64,000 nucleotides of DNA from a bacterium (lineage in GTDB: Bacteria > Sysuimicrobiota > Sysuimicrobiia > Sysuimicrobiales > Segetimicrobiaceae), in contig DATGFS010000030.1 of the NCBI GenBank assembly GCA_035308905.1, positions 139,966-203,965 on the forward strand, given 5' to 3'. The notes under the pieces were generated by a model. The model was given only the letters and a program-made list of their open reading frames with translations, made no database searches and was not told the DNA's origin. This document shows, piece by piece, positions 59,582 to 64,000 of this stretch. Within the stretch, counting starts at the first letter, position 1; every line of letters begins with the position of its first letter. Made by a program: the position numbers and the translations under genes.

Positions 59582-61285
59582 TCATGGGCTGAAAGCGGGG
59601 CTCCAGCTGTTCCCTGGTGGTGTGTCTAGGCGAATCAAATGCGATCCGTTTGTATTCATCATGTAGATGTGCGACCAAGCCGTGAACGCTATTTTGGTGC
59701 CGTCTGGGTTGAATATGGGCGCGTCAACTTCGTGGAGGTTAGTGAGACGTGTGTCCTTTGTGCCATTTGTATTCATCACGTGGATTTGCCCATCGTTCCA
59801 AGAGAGGAACGCGATCTGGCGACTATCCGGGCTGAACACGGGTTCAAAACCTCCGCCCGTGGTCTTGGTCAGCAAGATCGCATTCGTTCCGTCGAGGCTC
59901 ATGACGTAAATCTCGGGCAGTCCTCGATCGCGCTGCGAGGTGAATGCTATCTTCCGACCGTCCGGACTGAGTGAAACACTGTTAAATTGAAGGGAGTTGG
60001 TTTTTCCGCGCAGGTCGGTCAAGCGGACTACGTTGGCGCCATCAGCGTTCATCATATAGATCTGGGTGCTTCCGCCTCGATCGGAGTCGAACACCATCTT
60101 CCGACCGTCCGGACTGAACTCAGGAGAAGAGCTGCTCCCCGGGGGGGATGTCAAGCGGACTACGCGGGAGCCATCGGCGTTCATCATATAGATTTGCGTG
60201 CTCCCGTCTCGATCGGAGTCAAACGCAATCCTCGCGCCATCCGGGCTGAACGTCGGGTTGTCGTTTGTTCTGGGAGGAGTCGTCAGGCGGGTCACATGCG
60301 ACCCGTCCGCACCCATGATGTAGATTTGATCGGTTCGGCCGATCCGGTTCTGGCCGGAGGTGAAGGCGATCCTGCGACCGTCGGGGCTGAACGCAATTTG
60401 TTTAGGAACATCGGGAACCCTGGGAAAGCGGGCCAGGCTGGACCCGTCCGCATTGATGACATAGAACTGGGAGCTCCCGTCACAATCAGACAAGAAAACG
60501 ATGCGCCCCGGGACCGGTCGGGTGTGTCCGACCAGCAAGGGTCCCTGCACCCCGCAGAGGGGGCTCTCCATCAAGGCGACCAGCAGCGCCAGAGATGCCG
60601 TCGCCCTCCAAGCAATGGCTGGCCCCCAACGTTCAGTCCACAAGATCCAGCCGGGGCGCCGCAACAGCAGCACGAAGGCGATCCCCGTGACCGCCCCCAT
60701 TACTGCTCCGCCCGCGGCATAGCCCGCAAGCTCGCCTATGTTCGCACCGTAGCGAACGCCGGTACCAAAGCCAATGACGATTCCAACACCGTAACCCGCA
60801 GCGAAGCCGATGACATTCGCCAACACCCACAGACCTGCCCGGGAAAGCTGCCAGCGGAGGACCAGTCCTTCGAGAGTCCCGACGACCAACCCTATGAGGA
60901 AGCCATAACTTGGCCAGTATGCCCAATCTCCCATATGGCCTGCATGGACGATATGGGCTAGCCAGTTAGCTAAGGGCGTGCCTAGAAGACGATTCGCGTA
61001 ATCGCCTGCTGCAAAGCCCAAGGCATTCGCAGCCAGCCACGGCGAACACCGGAGGGCGTGCCGTCGCCGGATGACAAGCCATTGCATTACTCCCACCGCG
61101 GCGCCTGCAACAGGGAGTCCGCTCCCAGTGGCTCCGAGAGCCACGGCAAAGACGACGCCGTTGTATCCGAGCGCGGGGAATAGGAGGGATACTACTAACA
61201 TCCATACAGCACCGGCGACTAGGCCCCCAGCAGTCGCCAGCAACCACTGAATGCAGAAGACAAGTTCGTCCAGAAAAACTCTCAT
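59582..61285 (-). CDS. Membrane-anchored TolB-like (PD40 / WD40-like beta-propeller) protein with an N-terminal polytopic module built from internal Gly/Ala-rich TM repeats
   Basis: The C-terminal ~300 aa carry repeated PD40 units (FSPDGRRIAF...QIYIM/MNADGS...RLT). The N-terminal ~270 aa consist of hydrophobic G/A-rich segments, each ending in a basic motif (GVMQWLVIRRR / GLVLRWQLSRAG / IAFVLLLRRPGW). The start is the ATG at 61285. The region is lower in GC than the rest of the window. Confidence 0.75.
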   Translation of the reverse strand: MRVFLDELVFCIQWLLATAGGLVAGAVWMLVVSLLFPALGYNGVVFAVALGATGSGLPVAGAAVGVMQWLVIRRRHALRCSPWLAANALGFAAGDYANRLLGTPLANWLAHIVHAGHMGDWAYWPSYGFLIGLVVGTLEGLVLRWQLSRAGLWVLANVIGFAAGYGVGIVIGFGTGVRYGANIGELAGYAAGGAVMGAVTGIAFVLLLRRPGWILWTERWGPAIAWRATASLALLVALMESPLCGVQGPLLVGHTRPVPGRIVFLSDCDGSSQFYVINADGSSLARFPRVPDVPKQIAFSPDGRRIAFTSGQNRIGRTDQIYIMGADGSHVTRLTTPPRTNDNPTFSPDGARIAFDSDRDGSTQIYMMNADGSRVVRLTSPPGSSSSPEFSPDGRKMVFDSDRGGSTQIYMMNADGANVVRLTDLRGKTNSLQFNSVSLSPDGRKIAFTSQRDRGLPEIYVMSLDGTNAILLTKTTGGGFEPVFSPDSRQIAFLSWNDGQIHVMNTNGTKDTRLTNLHEVDAPIFNPDGTKIAFTAWSHIYMMNTNGSHLIRLDTPPGNSWSPAFSP

Positions 61286-61400
61286 GATGTCCGCTCCCGC
61301 AATTCTCCTACCGTCGCCGCTGATCGCTGGGGGGCCATGACATAAATGAGTGGGCATCAGCTAAAGAGCCCAATCGCTTCAAAATGCCCCATTATGGGTG

Positions 61401-62870
61401 CTAAGGATCGGGCCTCTCCGTGACCTCTGCCCCTGCCAACACGGCGACGAGCGCGGCAATACCAGATGGGTGCGTCACATCGCCGGGCTGGAAGTCCGCA
61501 TATTGCGCTCCGGGGTCGAAGTGAAAACCGTGGCGCATCTCCGCCAGAAACACTGCTGGATCTTGGCCGGCTTTTCCAAACCATCTCAGTTCCTCATATT
61601 CGAACCGGCCCAAAACGACCGTCACCGCATCGGTAAGAATCGTGCCCGTGTCGGCGTCTCTCGTACTTATGGCCCAGTGGACACTGTGGGTCTCCAGATC
61701 AAGAGTCGGCTTGTCCCGCCAACCGATGAGTTCATACGGACCCAGTCCTTTGGCTGCCCGCCTTTTGTTGTTGGCTTTGGTCGCCGCATTTACTCTCTTG
61801 AGGATGCCGCCGGCATCGAGGGTGTTCCCAATCCAATCGTCCAGGCGGACATACCCGCCTCTGACGTGCCGGAACGTGACAAACTCCCCTGTTTCTCGAT
61901 TGAGAACGACGACATCCGTGGGCAACCTGAATCGTGTGCCCTGGGCCGTCTGCCGAAAAGGTCCGATGCCCTGGGTGGTCATCCAAAAGCGGGCGGTAGC
62001 CGCCGCCCCGGTAAGCACAGCCCGGCTTTCGTCGACAATGAGCGTCGCCCTTGATTCAGTGAGAGGGAACGTGCCGCCCCGCTGCCACGGCAGCTGCTGC
62101 AGAACATTCTGTCGCTCGGCATCCGTCTTCGGGACACCCGGAGAGGAAGAGACAGAAGGTTCTTCCTGGTAGTCCGGCCGAGCCGCGGGCGTATTGGCGT
62201 CAACGATGTCTGCCCAAAACTCAATCGCTTTGGCAGGCCTCTTGAGAGAAGGCGTCTGGGTATGCGTTTCCAAAGAGATCCCGAAACGATACGGGAATTC
62301 GTTTTCCAGGTAGCCTTCCAGATCTGAACCGCAATGGATTATGTCCGTCTGCCAGACGGAAAATATGGGGTTGCCCTCTTCGTGCGGGCGATCGGGAATG
62401 TACCGGTGGCCGTAGATGGGAATCAATCTTGGCGCTTCGGTCATCAATTGCTTGATTTTTCCCAAGCGGTCCTCTAAGATTGGCGGTTTTTCCCCCCATG
62501 CCTCAAGCCAAATGCCGTTTTTGACATCAAAGCAGATGCCTTCATACGGATGATTTAGTCTTTCGCGAATCTCCGCCTCACTCGCCCGTCGCCAGTTCAG
62601 CCATCCCGACAACCGACCTCGCGGTTTGCTCATCCGCGTGTCGACAGGCAAGCCCAGAGACAAAAATAGTCGCAAGTCAGGAGGAAAGCGGAAGTCAAAT
62701 TTGCGCTCGAGGTCGTCGAGTTCTTGGTCTGTCAAGCCACGTTCGAATTTCACAGGCAAGTATCGTTGCGTCTGGCCGAAAATCTTATATCTCCCTGCTG
62801 TCCACTCAAGGTGGCTTCGAACGTAGCGGTAGTCCATACCGACAGCGGCATCGCCGCGCGGGTAGGGCAT
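61401..62870 (-). CDS. SUKH (SMI1/KNR4)-domain protein with an uncharacterised ~250-aa C-terminal domain
   Basis: The N-terminal half reads LTDQELDDLERKFDFRFPPDLRLFLSLGLP...IPIYGHRYIPDRPHEEGNPIFSVWQTDIIHCGSDLEGYL, which matches the SUKH-1/SMI1-KNR4 fold; these act as immunity proteins of polymorphic toxin systems. The C-terminal half has no recognised family. The start is the ATG at 62870. Confidence 0.6.
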   Translation of the reverse strand: MPYPRGDAAVGMDYRYVRSHLEWTAGRYKIFGQTQRYLPVKFERGLTDQELDDLERKFDFRFPPDLRLFLSLGLPVDTRMSKPRGRLSGWLNWRRASEAEIRERLNHPYEGICFDVKNGIWLEAWGEKPPILEDRLGKIKQLMTEAPRLIPIYGHRYIPDRPHEEGNPIFSVWQTDIIHCGSDLEGYLENEFPYRFGISLETHTQTPSLKRPAKAIEFWADIVDANTPAARPDYQEEPSVSSSPGVPKTDAERQNVLQQLPWQRGGTFPLTESRATLIVDESRAVLTGAAATARFWMTTQGIGPFRQTAQGTRFRLPTDVVVLNRETGEFVTFRHVRGGYVRLDDWIGNTLDAGGILKRVNAATKANNKRRAAKGLGPYELIGWRDKPTLDLETHSVHWAISTRDADTGTILTDAVTVVLGRFEYEELRWFGKAGQDPAVFLAEMRHGFHFDPGAQYADFQPGDVTHPSGIAALVAVLAGAEVTERPDP

Positions 62871-63280
62871 CGTTTTCTTCCCTACGATTGCATAGTTTTT
62901 GCTCTTGGCATCCGTTTCTTCCCGTAACGCTCTCCGGTACGTCCTGGCGAACGAGAGAGTCACTAAAAAATCAGCAAGACGATAGACGGCCACCACTCCA
63001 TCGACGTGAACCCCTCTCCCCGGGGAGCGGCCAATCAAGAAGACCTTACTGACCGTACGATCTCGCCAGCGCTAACCTGTCAGCTCAATTCAGTTGAAAC
63101 GCCCTTGCTTCCTCGCTATCCGTTGAGTTGCATTCCGACATCGTTCACCGCATTCGACTCCTCAGCCTATTATCGACATTTTCCACATGCGAGCACACTC
63201 CATATCAGTATTCAGTCGCCGGGTTGCAGCGAACGCTCCCAACCGGCATTGTGCTGGAAACGAAGAGAGAACACCCTGCA

Positions 63281-64000
63281 TCATGGAGTTGGGGTTGCGA
63301 TATAGCCATGCTCCTTGCCGCCCGCATCCCTAAAGGATCCCACGATTTGTCCAGCGGCGTTGATACCGTTGGTAGAGGTCCCCGTCGAGCCCGGGGGATC
63401 GAACGTGGTGAACGTGCCCTCGGAGGTCCGCAGGTAGCCATGGGTCTTGTTGTCCGCGTCCTTGAACTCGCCCACGATCTGTCCGGCGTCATTGATCCCG
63501 GCGGCATCGGTCCAGGCCGCGCCTGGAACATCGATCGTAGTGAAGGTGCCCCCAGCAGTTCGCAAAAAGCCTGCGTCCGCAACCTCGCCCACGATCTCCG
63601 CCGAGTCGTTGATCCCGTAGGCGAAGGTCGCCATCGCGCCGGGAACATCGAACGTGGTAAAGGTGCCGCCGGAGGTGCGCAGGTAGCCATGGGTCTTGCC
63701 GCCCGCGTCGTTGAAGACGCCCACGATCTGCCCGGCGGTATTGATGCCCGCGGCACCGGTCCCCCTTGCCTTCGGAACATCCAACGTGGTAAAGGTGCCC
63801 GCAGAGGTTCGCAAAAAGCCATGGAACTTACCGCCCGCGTCCCTGAAGGATCCCACGATCTGTCCGGCGGCGTTGATCCCAGTGGCAAGGGTCGCCGTCG
63901 AGCCCGGAGGATCGATCGTCGTGAAGGTGCTCTCGGCTATGCGTAGATAGCCATGAGTCTTGCCACTCACGTCCCAGAACACGCCCACGATTTGCCCGGC
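63281..64000 (-). CDS. HAF-family extracellular repeat protein (5'-partial; the N-terminus lies beyond the window end)
   Basis: Six or more ~40-aa repeats of the form GIN.AGQIVG.F.DAGGK.HGFLRT.GGTFTT.DVPG match the TIGR03803 'HAF' extracellular repeat. The window ends mid-protein. Confidence 0.7.
   Translation of the reverse strand, partial: AGQIVGVFWDVSGKTHGYLRIAESTFTTIDPPGSTATLATGINAAGQIVGSFRDAGGKFHGFLRTSAGTFTTLDVPKARGTGAAGINTAGQIVGVFNDAGGKTHGYLRTSGGTFTTFDVPGAMATFAYGINDSAEIVGEVADAGFLRTAGGTFTTIDVPGAAWTDAAGINDAGQIVGEFKDADNKTHGYLRTSEGTFTTFDPPGSTGTSTNGINAAGQIVGSFRDAGGKEHGYIATPTP

Overview
This 64 kb window comes from a high-GC (about 70%) bacterial chromosome. Several features point to a Terrabacteria-like lineage (Actinobacteria or Chloroflexi-like): a T-box leader on valS, a CIRCE element on groEL, a DUF881 protein, a SPOR protein, a Bacillus-type single-subunit SdhC and split class-I fumarase. 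Gene content is dense and mostly housekeeping, largely on the minus strand. It includes recJ(fusion)/lapA-like/secF/secD, a paaX-type regulator with thiolase and crotonase genes and an embedded family-4 UDG, valS, a long Lhr helicase, an ABC-2 exporter pair, the tig-clpP-clpX-lon proteostasis cluster, sdhC/A/B with fumA/B, groEL (no groES), an NhaP antiporter, a 990-aa FAD/Fe-S oxidase, and tRNA-Arg/Leu/Lys/His.

The points that stand out are:
- RecJ reads straight through, with no stop, into a C-terminal HIRAN domain and a degenerate helicase-like region, and this frame stays open to the window start.
- A dispersed 42-45 nt GC-rich repeat family occurs in three leader or intergenic sites.
- A candidate roughly 160 nt sRNA has a near-consensus promoter and an intrinsic terminator.
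- Tandem 41-nt hairpin repeats lie next to tRNA-His.
- The last ~5 kb (59.2-64 kb) is a lower-GC island carrying a receiver-domain pseudogene fragment, a membrane-anchored TolB-like propeller protein with an internally repeated N-terminal module, a SUKH/SMI1-type two-domain protein and a HAF-repeat surface protein.

No CRISPR array, transposase or integrase was found. Base-level reading was done by eye; at one site (near 901-960) my reading differs from the provided ORF track by one nucleotide, so frame-critical calls lean on the ORF track.
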